This document shows positions 41,062 to 50,418 of a stretch of DNA of 64,000 nt, piece after piece; the first letter of the stretch is position 1, and every line of letters begins with the position of its first letter. Source of the stretch: Elusimicrobiota bacterium (GTDB lineage Bacteria; Elusimicrobiota; Elusimicrobia; UBA1565; UBA9628). The stretch covers positions 2,376-66,375 of the forward strand of contig JBBQVX010000003.1 of NCBI GenBank assembly GCA_038211115.1. The letters are read 5' to 3'. Below the pieces are notes generated by a model. That model made no database searches. It was not told where the DNA came from and was given only the letters and a program-made list of their open reading frames with translations. The position numbers were made by a program, and so were the translations under genes.

Positions 41062-43677
41062 ATGAAACCCCGCCTTTACCTGATCGACGCCCATGCGTAC
41101 CTGCATAGGGCCTATCACGCGATGCCGCCCCTGACGAACTCCAAGGGGGAGCCGGTGGGCGCCCTGTACGGCTTCGCGCGCGTCCTGATCCAGATTCTCA
41201 AGCGCGACAAGCCCGAAGGCCTCGCCGTCTGCTTCGACGTCCCGGGCCCGACCTTCCGCGACAAGATGTACGACCAGTACAAGGCGACCCGCAAAGAGAT
41301 CGACGGCGACCTCATCGTCCAGCTGGGCCAGGCCAAGCCGCTCGCCGAGGCGATGGGCTTTCACTGCATCGAGAAGCAGGGATTTGAGGCGGACGACATC
41401 ATGGCCACCTTGGCGCGCAACGCGGTTGCGGACGGCTGGGACGCCGTGCTCGTCACCGGCGACAAGGACGCGCTCCAGCTCGTCAGCCCCGGCATCCGCG
41501 TCTTCAACGCGTCGAAGGACGCGTTCATGGACGCCCCTCAGATCGAGGAGAAATTCGGCATCGGCCCCGACAAGGTCCGCGACTACCTCGCCATCGTCGG
41601 CGACTCCTCCGACAACGTCCCCGGCCTCAAGGGCGTGGGACCCGTCGGCGCGGTCAAGCTGATCAAGGCGTACGGCTCTTTTAAAGGAGCGATCGCCGCG
41701 GCCAAGAAGGGCGACAAGGCGCTCACGCCGAAGCTGCTCCAGGCCCTGCTCGACGGCGAGAAGGCCGCGGATCTGTCGCTCGCGCTGATCGCACTCGACG
41801 AGAAGGTCGCGCTCGGCACCTCCACCGAGGACTGCCGCGTGAAGAACCCGGATCCGCAGGTGCTCGCCGCCGGCCTCGAGAAGTTCGAGTTCCGCACGCT
41901 CGCCAAGGACCTCGGGGCTCCGCTGCCGCCGCGCGCCGCGGGCGTGCCCGCCCACGCCGCCCCGTCGGTGAAGGCCGCGACGAACGCCCCGTCCGCGCCC
42001 GACCTGCTCGTGCCGGAGAAGGTCGCGCTCAAGACGCTCGTCAAGGACCTCGCGAAGGCGAAGACCTTGCTCGTCGGCGCCGTCGCCGACTCCGCGGGTG
42101 AAGGGGAGCTGCTCTCCGTCTCACACGTGCGCGCCTTGGTCGGCCTCGAGAGCGGCAAGGTCGCCGTGCTCGAGGAGCAAGCCGCCGCCGATAAGGCCGT
42201 GCGCGCGGCGCTTTCCGGCAAGGCGCTCAAGTGCGGCTGGGACTTGAAGAGCACTCGCCTCATCCTCTCCAAATACGGCATCGAGCTCGCCGGACCCGAT
42301 TTCGACGCGAAGCTGGCCGCGTACTGCCTCGACCCGAACTCCGCGAAGGACCCCAAGGCCGACGACCCCGAGCAGGACCTGCTCGCGCGCGCCTCTCAGG
42401 CCGGCGCCCGCGAGTCCCTGCTCGCGAAGATGAAGGAAGTGAAGGTCCTCGACCTGTTCGAGAACGTCGAAATGCCATTGTCCGCCGTGCTCGCCGACAT
42501 GGAGAACGCGGGCATTCTCGTCGACGATGATTATCTCCGCGAGCTGTCCGTCGAGTTCCTCAAGGCGCTTAAGGTCCTTCAGAAGGAGATCGACGCGCTC
42601 GCGGGCGCCCCGCTCAACGCGCAGTCGCCCAAGCAACTGGGCGAGGTCCTCTTCGACAAGCTGAACCTGCCCGTCCTTCACAAGACCGCCAAGGGCGGAC
42701 GCTCGACCGATGAGGAAACCCTCCAGTCGCTCGCGGCCCAGCACGCCTTGCCCGGCAAGATACTCGAGTTCCGCGAGATCGCGAAGCTCGAGTCCACCTA
42801 CGTCCGCGCGCTGCTCGAGAAGATGGACCCGAAGACGCACCGCGTGCACACGACCTTCGACCAGACCGGCTCCGTCACGGGCCGCCTGTCGAGCCTCGAC
42901 CCGAACCTGCAGAACATCCCGATCCGCACCGAGGCCGGCCGCCGCATCCGCCGCGCGTTCATCGCCCCCAAGGGCAAGGTTCTCGTGTCCGCCGACTACT
43001 CGCAGATCGACCTGCGCGTCCTCGCGCACGAGTCGCAGGACGAGACCTTGATGCAGTCCTTCGAGAACGGCGAGGACATTCACCTGCGCACCGCCGCCGA
43101 GATATTTCACGTCAAGGCCGCCGACATCACGACCGACCAGCGCCGCGCCGCGAAGGCCATCAACTTCGGCATCGTCTACGGCCAGACCGCGTTCGGCCTC
43201 TCGAACCAGCTCGGCATCTCCCAGCAGGAGGCCTCGACGTACATCAAGAAGTACCTCGAACGCTACCCGGGCGTGTCCGCGTGGGTCGTCAAGAACCTCG
43301 AGCAGGCGAAGGCCGACATGAGCGTGCGCACCTTGCTCGGCCGCGTGCGCTGGCTGCCGGAGCTCACCGCGAAGAACGCCGCCGTACGCCAATTCACCGA
43401 GCGCGCCGCGCGCAACACCCCGATCCAGGGCGGCTCCGCCGACATCATCAAGCTCGCGATGCTGCACATCGCCAAGGAGATGGCCAAGGGCAAGAAGCAC
43501 GCGACCATGCTCCTCCAGGTCCACGACGAGCTGGTCTTCGAAGTCGCGAAAGACGAGGCCGCCGCCTTCGGGAAATGGGTCAAGGGCGTCATGGAGGCCG
43601 CGATCAAGCTGCGCGTGCCCGTCGTCGCCGAGGTCAAGATCGGGCCGAACTGGCAGGACATGGAGAAAAATAAGTGA
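41062..43677 (+). CDS. polA: DNA polymerase I
   Basis: 871 aa with a 5' nuclease N-terminus and family A pol motifs (DYSQIDLRVLAH, RRAAKAINFGIVYG, QVHDELVFE). The proofreading motifs look Taq-like and degenerate (GAVADSAGE in place of DxE; AAYCLDPN). Confidence 0.95.
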   Translation: MKPRLYLIDAHAYLHRAYHAMPPLTNSKGEPVGALYGFARVLIQILKRDKPEGLAVCFDVPGPTFRDKMYDQYKATRKEIDGDLIVQLGQAKPLAEAMGFHCIEKQGFEADDIMATLARNAVADGWDAVLVTGDKDALQLVSPGIRVFNASKDAFMDAPQIEEKFGIGPDKVRDYLAIVGDSSDNVPGLKGVGPVGAVKLIKAYGSFKGAIAAAKKGDKALTPKLLQALLDGEKAADLSLALIALDEKVALGTSTEDCRVKNPDPQVLAAGLEKFEFRTLAKDLGAPLPPRAAGVPAHAAPSVKAATNAPSAPDLLVPEKVALKTLVKDLAKAKTLLVGAVADSAGEGELLSVSHVRALVGLESGKVAVLEEQAAADKAVRAALSGKALKCGWDLKSTRLILSKYGIELAGPDFDAKLAAYCLDPNSAKDPKADDPEQDLLARASQAGARESLLAKMKEVKVLDLFENVEMPLSAVLADMENAGILVDDDYLRELSVEFLKALKVLQKEIDALAGAPLNAQSPKQLGEVLFDKLNLPVLHKTAKGGRSTDEETLQSLAAQHALPGKILEFREIAKLESTYVRALLEKMDPKTHRVHTTFDQTGSVTGRLSSLDPNLQNIPIRTEAGRRIRRAFIAPKGKVLVSADYSQIDLRVLAHESQDETLMQSFENGEDIHLRTAAEIFHVKAADITTDQRRAAKAINFGIVYGQTAFGLSNQLGISQQEASTYIKKYLERYPGVSAWVVKNLEQAKADMSVRTLLGRVRWLPELTAKNAAVRQFTERAARNTPIQGGSADIIKLAMLHIAKEMAKGKKHATMLLQVHDELVFEVAKDEAAAFGKWVKGVMEAAIKLRVPVVAEVKIGPNWQDMEKNK

Positions 43678-44504
43678 CGCGCATATTCCGCCACGATCCC
43701 GTCGATGTCCGCAACCTGCCCCCGGCGATCCGGGCGCTGATGAACGCCAACGTCGTCGGCTTCATCGTCGGCCTGATCGTCCCGGACATGCACAACCTTT
43801 TCGGCCTCGTGCCCCAGCAGGTGATCTTCCAGCGCTGGATCTGGCAGCCGGTCACCTATCTCTTCCTGCACGGCGGCATCTGGCATCTCGTCTTCAACCT
43901 GTTCGCGCTCTGGATGTTCGGCATGCCCGTCGAATCGCAGTGGGGGGAGCGCGACTTCCTCAAGTACTACTTCCTGTGCGGCCTCGGCGCCGCCGCCGCG
44001 CACCTGGCGCTGGCCCCGCACTCCACGGTCCCGGTGATCGGGGCCTCGGGCGCGGTGTACGGCCTGCTCGTGGCCTTCGCGATGCTGTACCCCGACGCCG
44101 TCGTCTACCTCTACTTCCTGATCCCGATCAAGGCCGCCCACATGGCGATCCTGTTCGGCGCGATCGAGTTCTTCGCGGGCGCCACCGGCTCGACGCCCGG
44201 CGTCGCGCGCTTCGCCCACCTCGGCGGCATGCTGACCGGCTACTTCTACATCCGCTGGTGGTGGGTCACGAAGATCCAGCTCAAGGCCTTCTGGCGCCGC
44301 GTGACGAGCGCCGAGTCCGAGGACGAGCCCGCCCCGCGCCCCGTCCCGCGACGCGCGAGCAAGCCCGCGTCGCGCGCCGCCGACTCCGACATGGCCGAGG
44401 TGGACCGCATCCTCGACAAGATCCTGTCCGACGGCCTCGAATCGCTGACGGACGACGAACGCGGGATTATGCATCGTTACTCCGAACGGAATAAGCCTTC
44501 TTGA
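43674..44504 (+). CDS. Rhomboid family intramembrane serine protease
   Basis: HLVFNL, GASGAVYGLL (catalytic Ser), AHLGGMLTG (His). Confidence 0.88.
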   Translation: MTRIFRHDPVDVRNLPPAIRALMNANVVGFIVGLIVPDMHNLFGLVPQQVIFQRWIWQPVTYLFLHGGIWHLVFNLFALWMFGMPVESQWGERDFLKYYFLCGLGAAAAHLALAPHSTVPVIGASGAVYGLLVAFAMLYPDAVVYLYFLIPIKAAHMAILFGAIEFFAGATGSTPGVARFAHLGGMLTGYFYIRWWWVTKIQLKAFWRRVTSAESEDEPAPRPVPRRASKPASRAADSDMAEVDRILDKILSDGLESLTDDERGIMHRYSERNKPS

Positions 44505-45127
44505 AGCCGAAACGATTCGTCGTGGGCCTCACCGGCGGCATCGGCACCGGCAAGTCCGCCGCCCTGAGGACGTTCGAGGGATTGGGCGCCTCCACCGTCA
44601 GCCTCGATCAGATCGCCAAGGAGCAGGCGAAGCCGGGCCGCGACGCCTACAAGCGCATCGTGAAGGATTTCGGGACGTGCATCCTCAAAAATGACGGGAC
44701 CATCGACCGGGCGCTGCTCGGGCGCGTCGTCTTCTCCGACAAGCGCGCGCGGGCGGGTCTCGAGCGGGCGACCCATCCGTTGATCTTGAAAGAAATGAAG
44801 CAGCTCGTCGGTAGGATGAGGGGCCTCGTGGTCGTCGATGTGCCCCTGTTGTTCGAAAAGAAGCTGCAGAAGAATTTTGATGCGACGATCGTGATCGCGT
44901 GCGCGCCGCAAAAACAGCTTAAGCGGATTATCAAACGGGACGGCTTAGAACCGAAAGAAGCACGACTCCGGATCAAAGCTCAAATGCCTTTAAGTAAGAA
45001 ATTGAGCATGGCCGACGTGACCATTCACAACGACAAAGATCTTCCCGCGCTGGAAAAGAAAATCAACGAATATTATCAAGGCCTTAATTTACTTCACCGA
45101 GGATTGTCTCATGGAAACCACGACTAA
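44501..45127 (+). CDS. coaE: Dephospho-CoA kinase
   Basis: [12 protein letters not shown]-loop. TTG start overlaps the upstream stop (TTGA). Confidence 0.88.
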   Translation: MKPKRFVVGLTGGIGTGKSAALRTFEGLGASTVSLDQIAKEQAKPGRDAYKRIVKDFGTCILKNDGTIDRALLGRVVFSDKRARAGLERATHPLILKEMKQLVGRMRGLVVVDVPLLFEKKLQKNFDATIVIACAPQKQLKRIIKRDGLEPKEARLRIKAQMPLSKKLSMADVTIHNDKDLPALEKKINEYYQGLNLLHRGLSHGNHD

Positions 45128-46469
45128 GCCTATGCCCGAAACGCCCAAGCCGCTCGCGACGCCCGCCCCGGTTCCCACGGCGGCGGCCGCGGCCGCGCTC
45201 AAGCCGCTCGAAACGGCCGAGATGGCGAAGAAGACGATGGCCGAGCTCAACGCGATCGCCAAGGAGCTCAAGCTCGAGGGCGTCAGCGGCTTGAAAAAGC
45301 AGGAGCTCATCGCCAAGATCGTCGACGGCCAGCTCAAGGCCAACGGCATGATCTACGACGAGGGCGTCCTCGAGATCCTCCCCGACGGCTTCGGCTTCCT
45401 TCGCTCGCCCGACTACAGCTACCTCCCCGGCCCGGACGACATCTACATGTCGCCTTCTCAGATCAAGAAGTTCGGCCTGCGCCGCTGCGATACCGTCGCC
45501 GGCTTCGTCCGCCCCCCGAAGGACGGCGAGCGCTTCTTCGCGCTCCTCCAGGTCAAGAAGATCAACGGCATTGACGCCGAGACGATCAAGGACCGCCCGC
45601 TCTTCGACAACCTGACGCCGCTGCACCCGAACGCCAAGTACACGCTCGAGACGACGCGCGAAGAGGTCACCGGGCGTCTGCTCGACCTCATCTGTCCGAT
45701 CGGCAAGGGCCAGCGCGGCCTGATCGTCGCTCCGCCCAAGACCGGCAAGACCATCATCCTCGGCAAGATCGCCAATGCGATCGCCAAGAACCACCCGAAC
45801 ACGGTCATCCTCGTGCTCCTGATCGACGAGCGCCCGGAGGAAGTCACCGAATGCCAGCGCACGATCAAGGGCGAGGTCATCTCCTCGACGTTCGACGAGC
45901 CCGCCGAGCGCCACGTCCAGGTCAGCGAAATGGTCCTCGAGAAGGCCAAACGCATGGTCGAACTCGGCAAGGACGTCGTCATCCTGCTCGACTCGATCAC
46001 GCGCTTAGCTCGGGCCTACAACACCTGCACCCCGTCCTCCGGCCGCGTCCTGTCCGGCGGCCTCGAGGCCACCTCGCTCCAGCGCCCGAAGCGTTTCCTC
46101 GGCGCGGCCCGCAACGTCGAGGAAGGCGGCTCCCTCACCATCCTCGCGACCGCGCTCATCGAGACCGGCTCGCGCATGGACGAGGTCATCTTCGAGGAGT
46201 TCAAGGGCACCGGCAACTCCGAGGCCTACCTCGACCGCAGCCTCGCCGACCGCCGCATGTTCCCGGCCATCGAGATCAACCGCACGGGCACGCGCAAGGA
46301 AGAGCTGCTGATGACCGAGGACGAGCTCAACAAGATCTGGATCCTGCGCAAGGTCTTGGCGCCGCTGGCGGCCGTCCAGGCGATGGACCTGCTGCGTGAG
46401 AAGATCCTGGGCACGAAATCCAACAAGGAGTTCCTCAAATCGATGGAACTCTCCAACATGGTCGGCTGA
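45111..46469 (+). CDS. rho: Transcription termination factor Rho
   Basis: 452 aa. Rho N-terminal ([21 protein letters not shown]), RNA-binding ([14 protein letters not shown]) and Walker A (PPKTGKT) motifs. Carries a ~35-aa Pro/Ala-rich N-terminal extension. Confidence 0.95.
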   Translation: METTTKPMPETPKPLATPAPVPTAAAAAALKPLETAEMAKKTMAELNAIAKELKLEGVSGLKKQELIAKIVDGQLKANGMIYDEGVLEILPDGFGFLRSPDYSYLPGPDDIYMSPSQIKKFGLRRCDTVAGFVRPPKDGERFFALLQVKKINGIDAETIKDRPLFDNLTPLHPNAKYTLETTREEVTGRLLDLICPIGKGQRGLIVAPPKTGKTIILGKIANAIAKNHPNTVILVLLIDERPEEVTECQRTIKGEVISSTFDEPAERHVQVSEMVLEKAKRMVELGKDVVILLDSITRLARAYNTCTPSSGRVLSGGLEATSLQRPKRFLGAARNVEEGGSLTILATALIETGSRMDEVIFEEFKGTGNSEAYLDRSLADRRMFPAIEINRTGTRKEELLMTEDELNKIWILRKVLAPLAAVQAMDLLREKILGTKSNKEFLKSMELSNMVG

Positions 46470-47395
46470 TGCTCAAGGCCGTCGCCTTGTCGGCGATTTT
46501 AATAACCGTCCCGGCCCTCGCCGCGGTCATCTCTTCCGGCTCGCCGGCGGCCGTCGCGTTCGAGCGCTTCTCCGTGCTCACCGCGCCGGGACCCGAGGAG
46601 CCCAACGCCGAGGTCCTCTCCAAATCCCGGCGCCTCATGTACGGCGAGCACCGCGTGCAGAAGGGGGAGGCCTGGATCGGCAACCTCGCGAAGAGCTACG
46701 GCTCCACGCTGAACGCGTTCCAGGCGACCAACAACAACGAGTTCGTCCTCATCTACCCCGGCATGCGCATGACGGTCCTCAACCGCGACGGCCAGCTCTA
46801 CGAAGTGCGCAAGGACTCGGAGACGCTCGACGCGATCGTCGCCAAGTTCAAGTCCGGCGTCGAGGAGCGCCGCCGCTTCAAGGAGGTCGTCGTTCAGGCC
46901 AACAACTTCCCCGGAGTGGCCCTGCTCGAGCCGTTCGAGTTCGAGCGCGGAGACCGCGTGCTGATCCCCGGCGTCCGCGTGAACTTCGACACGTACCGCT
47001 TCCCGTTCGAGTCCCAGGCTCCCCCGCGCATCTCGTCGCGCTTCGGCTCCCGCTACCACCCCGTGCTCAAGCGCCGCCGCATGCACGACGGCCTCGACAT
47101 TCCGAAGCCGTACGGCACGCCCGTCGTCCCCGCCCGCTCCGGTCGCGTCATCGACGCCGGCTGGAACGAGGGCTACGGCCAGCTCGTCATCATCAAGCAC
47201 AACAACGGCGAGACCACGCGCTACGGCCACCTGTCGAAGATCATGGTCAAGGCCGGCGACCTCGTCCAGCGCGGCAAGACGATCATCGGCCGAGTCGGCT
47301 CGACCGGCATCTCCACCGGCCCGCACCTCCACTTCGAGGTCCGCGATAAGAACGGCAAGGCCGTCAACCCGACGGCGAAGATCGGCAAGCGCTAG
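46469..47395 (+). CDS. LysM domain-containing M23 family metallopeptidase
   Basis: Signal peptide; LysM-like HRVQKGEAWIGNLAKSYGSTLNAFQATNN; M23 motifs HDGLDI and GSTGISTGPHLHFEV. Confidence 0.88.
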   Translation: MLKAVALSAILITVPALAAVISSGSPAAVAFERFSVLTAPGPEEPNAEVLSKSRRLMYGEHRVQKGEAWIGNLAKSYGSTLNAFQATNNNEFVLIYPGMRMTVLNRDGQLYEVRKDSETLDAIVAKFKSGVEERRRFKEVVVQANNFPGVALLEPFEFERGDRVLIPGVRVNFDTYRFPFESQAPPRISSRFGSRYHPVLKRRRMHDGLDIPKPYGTPVVPARSGRVIDAGWNEGYGQLVIIKHNNGETTRYGHLSKIMVKAGDLVQRGKTIIGRVGSTGISTGPHLHFEVRDKNGKAVNPTAKIGKR

Positions 47396-47403
47396 GAGAC
47401 GAC

Positions 47404-48141
47404 ATGAAGCTCTCTATCCGCGAGTCTGGAAATCCGAAAGGCCCCGCCGTCGTTCTGATCCACGCGTTCCCGATGTCGGGCGCCATGTGGGAGCCGCAGA
47501 TCTCGGCCTTGCGCGACTACCGCCTCCTGATCCCGGACCTGCGCGGCTTCGGGGGGACTCCGCTCGTCGGCCCCTGGCTCGTCGAGCACGCCGCGGCCGA
47601 CGTCCTCGAATCCTTCGAGGGCAAGGCCGCCTTCGTCGGCCTCTCGATGGGCGGCTACGTCGCGCTGAGTGTCGCGGCGGCGGCTCCCGAGCGCGTCTCG
47701 GGCCTCGTCCTCAGCGACACGCGCGCCGAGCCGGACGCCAACGAGAACAAGGCCAAGCGCGCGTCCGCGATCGACTTCGTGCGCAAGAACGGCGTCGACG
47801 CGTTCCTGACGCCGTTCCTCAAGGACGCGGTGTCGAACCAGGCCGCGATGCCCTTCCTGCGCGGCGTGGCCGCGAAATCCTCGCCCGAGGCCGTCATGGC
47901 GGCTCTCGCGGCGCTCGCCGCGCGTCCCGACGCCGTCCCCGGCCTCTCCAAGATCACGGTCCCGGCGGCGATCTTCATCGGCTCCCAGGACAAGATCACG
48001 CCGCTGCCGCTCTCCGAGACGATGCGCTCCCGCATCCCCGGCGCCGAGCTCCACGTCATCCCCGACGCGGGCCACTTCTCCAACGCGGAGAACCCCGCCG
48101 TCTTCAACGACCGCCTTCTCTCCTTCCTGAAGCGCCTCTAA
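47404..48141 (+). CDS. Alpha/beta hydrolase fold protein
   Basis: VVLIHAFPMSG, GLSMGGYVA nucleophile elbow, IPDAGHFSNAENP. Confidence 0.85.
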   Translation: MKLSIRESGNPKGPAVVLIHAFPMSGAMWEPQISALRDYRLLIPDLRGFGGTPLVGPWLVEHAAADVLESFEGKAAFVGLSMGGYVALSVAAAAPERVSGLVLSDTRAEPDANENKAKRASAIDFVRKNGVDAFLTPFLKDAVSNQAAMPFLRGVAAKSSPEAVMAALAALAARPDAVPGLSKITVPAAIFIGSQDKITPLPLSETMRSRIPGAELHVIPDAGHFSNAENPAVFNDRLLSFLKRL

Positions 48142-48144
48142 AGG

Positions 48145-48480
48145 ATGTCCGACACGCAATTCATTCTGGCTTTCAAGGTCGCGCTGTCGTCCGCCGGTAG
48201 GCTGACGCCGTTCGCCTGGATGTCGGTGCTCGGCGTGATTCTGATGGTGCTCGGCGCCGTGATCTTGATCGGTTCCGGGGAGATGCTCAACCTCGAGCAG
48301 CGGTTCGGCCGCGATGAGCTCCCGAGTCGCGGGCCGCTGCAGCCGGGCGAGGCGGGCTTCGGATTATGGATTCGGACGATCCGCTTCTTGGAGAACGGCT
48401 ACTACGTGTTCTTGGCGGGAATGATGCTGGCCCTGATCGGGATTTACCCTTTCGTCGCCGCCGCCTCGGGCGGCTCGTGA
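48145..48480 (+). CDS. Small membrane protein, unknown function
   Basis: 111 aa with 2-3 hydrophobic segments; no family recognised. Confidence 0.5.
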   Translation: MSDTQFILAFKVALSSAGRLTPFAWMSVLGVILMVLGAVILIGSGEMLNLEQRFGRDELPSRGPLQPGEAGFGLWIRTIRFLENGYYVFLAGMMLALIGIYPFVAAASGGS

Positions 48481-48827
48481 GGCAGGTCGATTTGAAGCCG
48501 GACGACCCCTACTTCGCTCAGTGGAGCGCCTATCGCCGCGCGTACTGGCGGAGCCTCGGCCTGACGGCGCTGTTCTTTTTCGGCGGCGGCTTCGCGACGC
48601 TCGCGCTGAGCGCCCTGCTGCCCGCCCTAGGGCGTATTTTTCCGGCCGCGTTCCTTCCCTGGCTCGCGCTCGCGATTTGGGCGAGCCAAGCGCCCGTCAA
48701 ATGGCCCTGCCCGAGATGCGGAAAACCGTTCTGCTCCTCTCGTTGGGCTCATAATGGATTCGCGCGAAGCTGCATGAATTGCGGCCTGCCGAAATGGGCG
48801 CCGAATGAGACGGGGAGGAGATCATGA
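48477..48827 (+). CDS. Small membrane protein with C-terminal zinc-ribbon
   Basis: GTG 48477 overlaps the upstream stop (GTGA). Two TM segments, then CPRCG...CMNCG. Confidence 0.5.
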   Translation: MRQVDLKPDDPYFAQWSAYRRAYWRSLGLTALFFFGGGFATLALSALLPALGRIFPAAFLPWLALAIWASQAPVKWPCPRCGKPFCSSRWAHNGFARSCMNCGLPKWAPNETGRRS

Positions 48828-49024
48828 AGAAGAGCTCGACTCTCTTGATGCTATGCGCGTTCGCGCTCGCGGGCTGCGCACATGAGCGGGGCCACGCAGC
48901 GAAGGCGGCCGCGCCGGACGTCTCCTGCCGCGCGGACGAGAACTTCGAGAACGGCCGCTGCATGCCGCGTATTCCCGGCGACGGCAAGCCTCCGGGGGGC
49001 ATTCCCCCGTGGACGAGGCCCTAA
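48824..49024 (+). CDS. Small lipoprotein
   Basis: MKKSSTLLMLCAFALAGC lipobox; ATGA overlap with the upstream gene. Confidence 0.6.
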   Translation: MKKSSTLLMLCAFALAGCAHERGHAAKAAAPDVSCRADENFENGRCMPRIPGDGKPPGGIPPWTRP

Positions 49025-49030
49025 AAAGAA

Positions 49031-49063
49031 GAAGCCCCTCCGCCGCTAGGCCGGAGGGGCTTC
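49031..49063. terminator. Hairpin between convergent genes (likely bidirectional terminator)
   Basis: 12-bp stem GAAGCCCCTCCG / CGGAGGGGCTTC with a 9-nt loop. A-rich before it and TGTTT after it. Confidence 0.6.
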
Positions 49064-49080
49064 TGTTTGACCGGAAATCC

Positions 49081-49335
49081 CTACCGGATCTTGCGCATGT
49101 AGAGCTCTTTGACGCCGGCATCGATGAACGTGCCCAGGCCCTTGCCGGCGACGGCGAGAGTCTTCATCTTCGCGATGTTCGTGACGCCCGCGCTCTGGTT
49201 GGAGTAGTTATAGACCGAGTCGTTCGTGAAGCGGATCGTGACGATATCCTTGAGGATCTCGTAGCGGGCGACGGTGGACTTGCCGCCGAGGTTTTTGTAC
49301 TTGATGAACATTTTCTTCTTCTTGGGGGTTTGCAT
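49081..49335 (-). CDS. KTSC domain-containing small protein
   Basis: True start is M47 of track ORF 49081..49473 (MQTPKKKKMFIKYKNLGGKSTVARYEI...SVYNYSN..GLGTFID). Locally AT-richer sequence. Confidence 0.6.
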   Translation of the reverse strand: MQTPKKKKMFIKYKNLGGKSTVARYEILKDIVTIRFTNDSVYNYSNQSAGVTNIAKMKTLAVAGKGLGTFIDAGVKELYMRKIR

Positions 49336-49395
49336 AAGGATATTATAGCGATAAACCGGGCGATCCGAGACGTCCAATTTTTTTATAATGTCGGC

Positions 49396-49788
49396 ATGAA
49401 ACACCTCAAGCTCTTCTCGGACCCCGCATACGCGGCCCTGCGCTTCATGTCGGGCTGGATGTTCGCGTTCCACGGCGCGCAGAAGCTATTCGGCCTTTTC
49501 GCGCCCGCGCAGATGCCGCCGATGACGATCGGCTCGCAGATGTGGTTCGGCGGAGTGATCGAGTTCTTCTGCGGCCTGATGATCGCCTTCGGGATCAAGA
49601 CGCGTCCCGCGGCGTTCCTGGCGAGCGGCACGATGGCGGTGGCCTATACGCAATTCCACTGGAAATTTAAGATGAATTCAGAATTTTTTCCAGGCGTAAA
49701 CCAGGGCGAGCTCGCGGTCGTCTACTGCTTCATTTTTTTCTACTTCGCCTGCCAAGGCGGGGGAAAGTACGCCGTCGGGCGCGACTAG
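49396..49788 (+). CDS. DoxX family membrane protein
   Basis: ATG 49396 lies in frame with track ORF 49009..49788: MKHLKLFSDPAYAALRFMSGWMFAFHGAQKLFG..., 4 TM. Confidence 0.75.
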   Translation: MKHLKLFSDPAYAALRFMSGWMFAFHGAQKLFGLFAPAQMPPMTIGSQMWFGGVIEFFCGLMIAFGIKTRPAAFLASGTMAVAYTQFHWKFKMNSEFFPGVNQGELAVVYCFIFFYFACQGGGKYAVGRD

Positions 49789-49865
49789 TCGCCGGGCCCA
49801 AGGGTCCGGCGCAGATGTGCAAAGGAATAGCCTTAAACATCTAGATTTGCTATACTGACGACATC

Positions 49866-50279
49866 ATGAAGAAGAACTTGCACCCCCTCTACCGCACCGT
49901 CGTGTTCCAGGACGTCTCCGCCAACAAAGGCTTCCTGACCCGCTCGGCCGTCATCGCCAAGGACACCGTCGTCTGGGAAGACGGCAAGACCTACCCGATG
50001 GTCAAGCTCGACATCTCCGCTCTCTCGCACCCGTTCTACACGGGCCAGCAGAAGGTGATGGACACCGCCGGCCGCATCGACCGCTTCAAGAAGCGCTTCG
50101 TGAAGTCCGAAGGCAAGACCGTCGACCGCAAGGTCGCGAAGACGCAGGCCAAGCGCCTCGTCCACGTCGGCCATACGGCCAAGCGCGAGCAGGTTCTTTC
50201 CACCGCCGTGAAGAAGGACGAGAAGGACGCGAAGAAGCCGGCCGGACCGAAGAAGGACAAGCCCGCCAAGAAGGACTAG
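49866..50279 (+). CDS. rpmE: 50S ribosomal protein L31, type B (no CxxC), with ~50-aa Lys-rich C-terminal extension
   Basis: MKKNLHPLYRTVVFQD...HPFYTGQQKVMDTAGRIDRFKKRF, then ..KKDEKDAKKPAGPKKDKPAKKD. -10 TATACT at 49851-49856. Confidence 0.88.
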   Translation: MKKNLHPLYRTVVFQDVSANKGFLTRSAVIAKDTVVWEDGKTYPMVKLDISALSHPFYTGQQKVMDTAGRIDRFKKRFVKSEGKTVDRKVAKTQAKRLVHVGHTAKREQVLSTAVKKDEKDAKKPAGPKKDKPAKKD

Positions 50280-50295
50280 CGGTCTCTCTCCGAAA

Positions 50296-50333
50296 CGGGC
50301 CCCGGCCGATAAGGCCGGGGCCCGCTTCTTTTT
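50296..50333 (+). terminator. Intrinsic terminator after rpmE
   Basis: 12-bp stem CGGGCCCCGGCC / GGCCGGGGCCCG, loop GATAA, followed by CTTCTTTTT. Confidence 0.85.
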
Positions 50334-50337
50334 GACG

Positions 50338-50413
50338 GGTGTCAGGCTTGCCGGTTTCCAGTGTTTTGGATAAGCCGACTCGGGAAATACTGGAAACCGG
50401 CAAGCCTGACACC
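50338..50413. repeat. Perfect 24-bp inverted repeat with 28-nt spacer, abutting the prfA start
   Basis: GGTGTCAGGCTTGCCGGTTTCCAG (50338-50361) and CTGGAAACCGGCAAGCCTGACACC (50390-50413) are exact reverse complements. The prfA ATG is at 50419. Confidence 0.9.
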
Positions 50414-50418
50414 GATTC

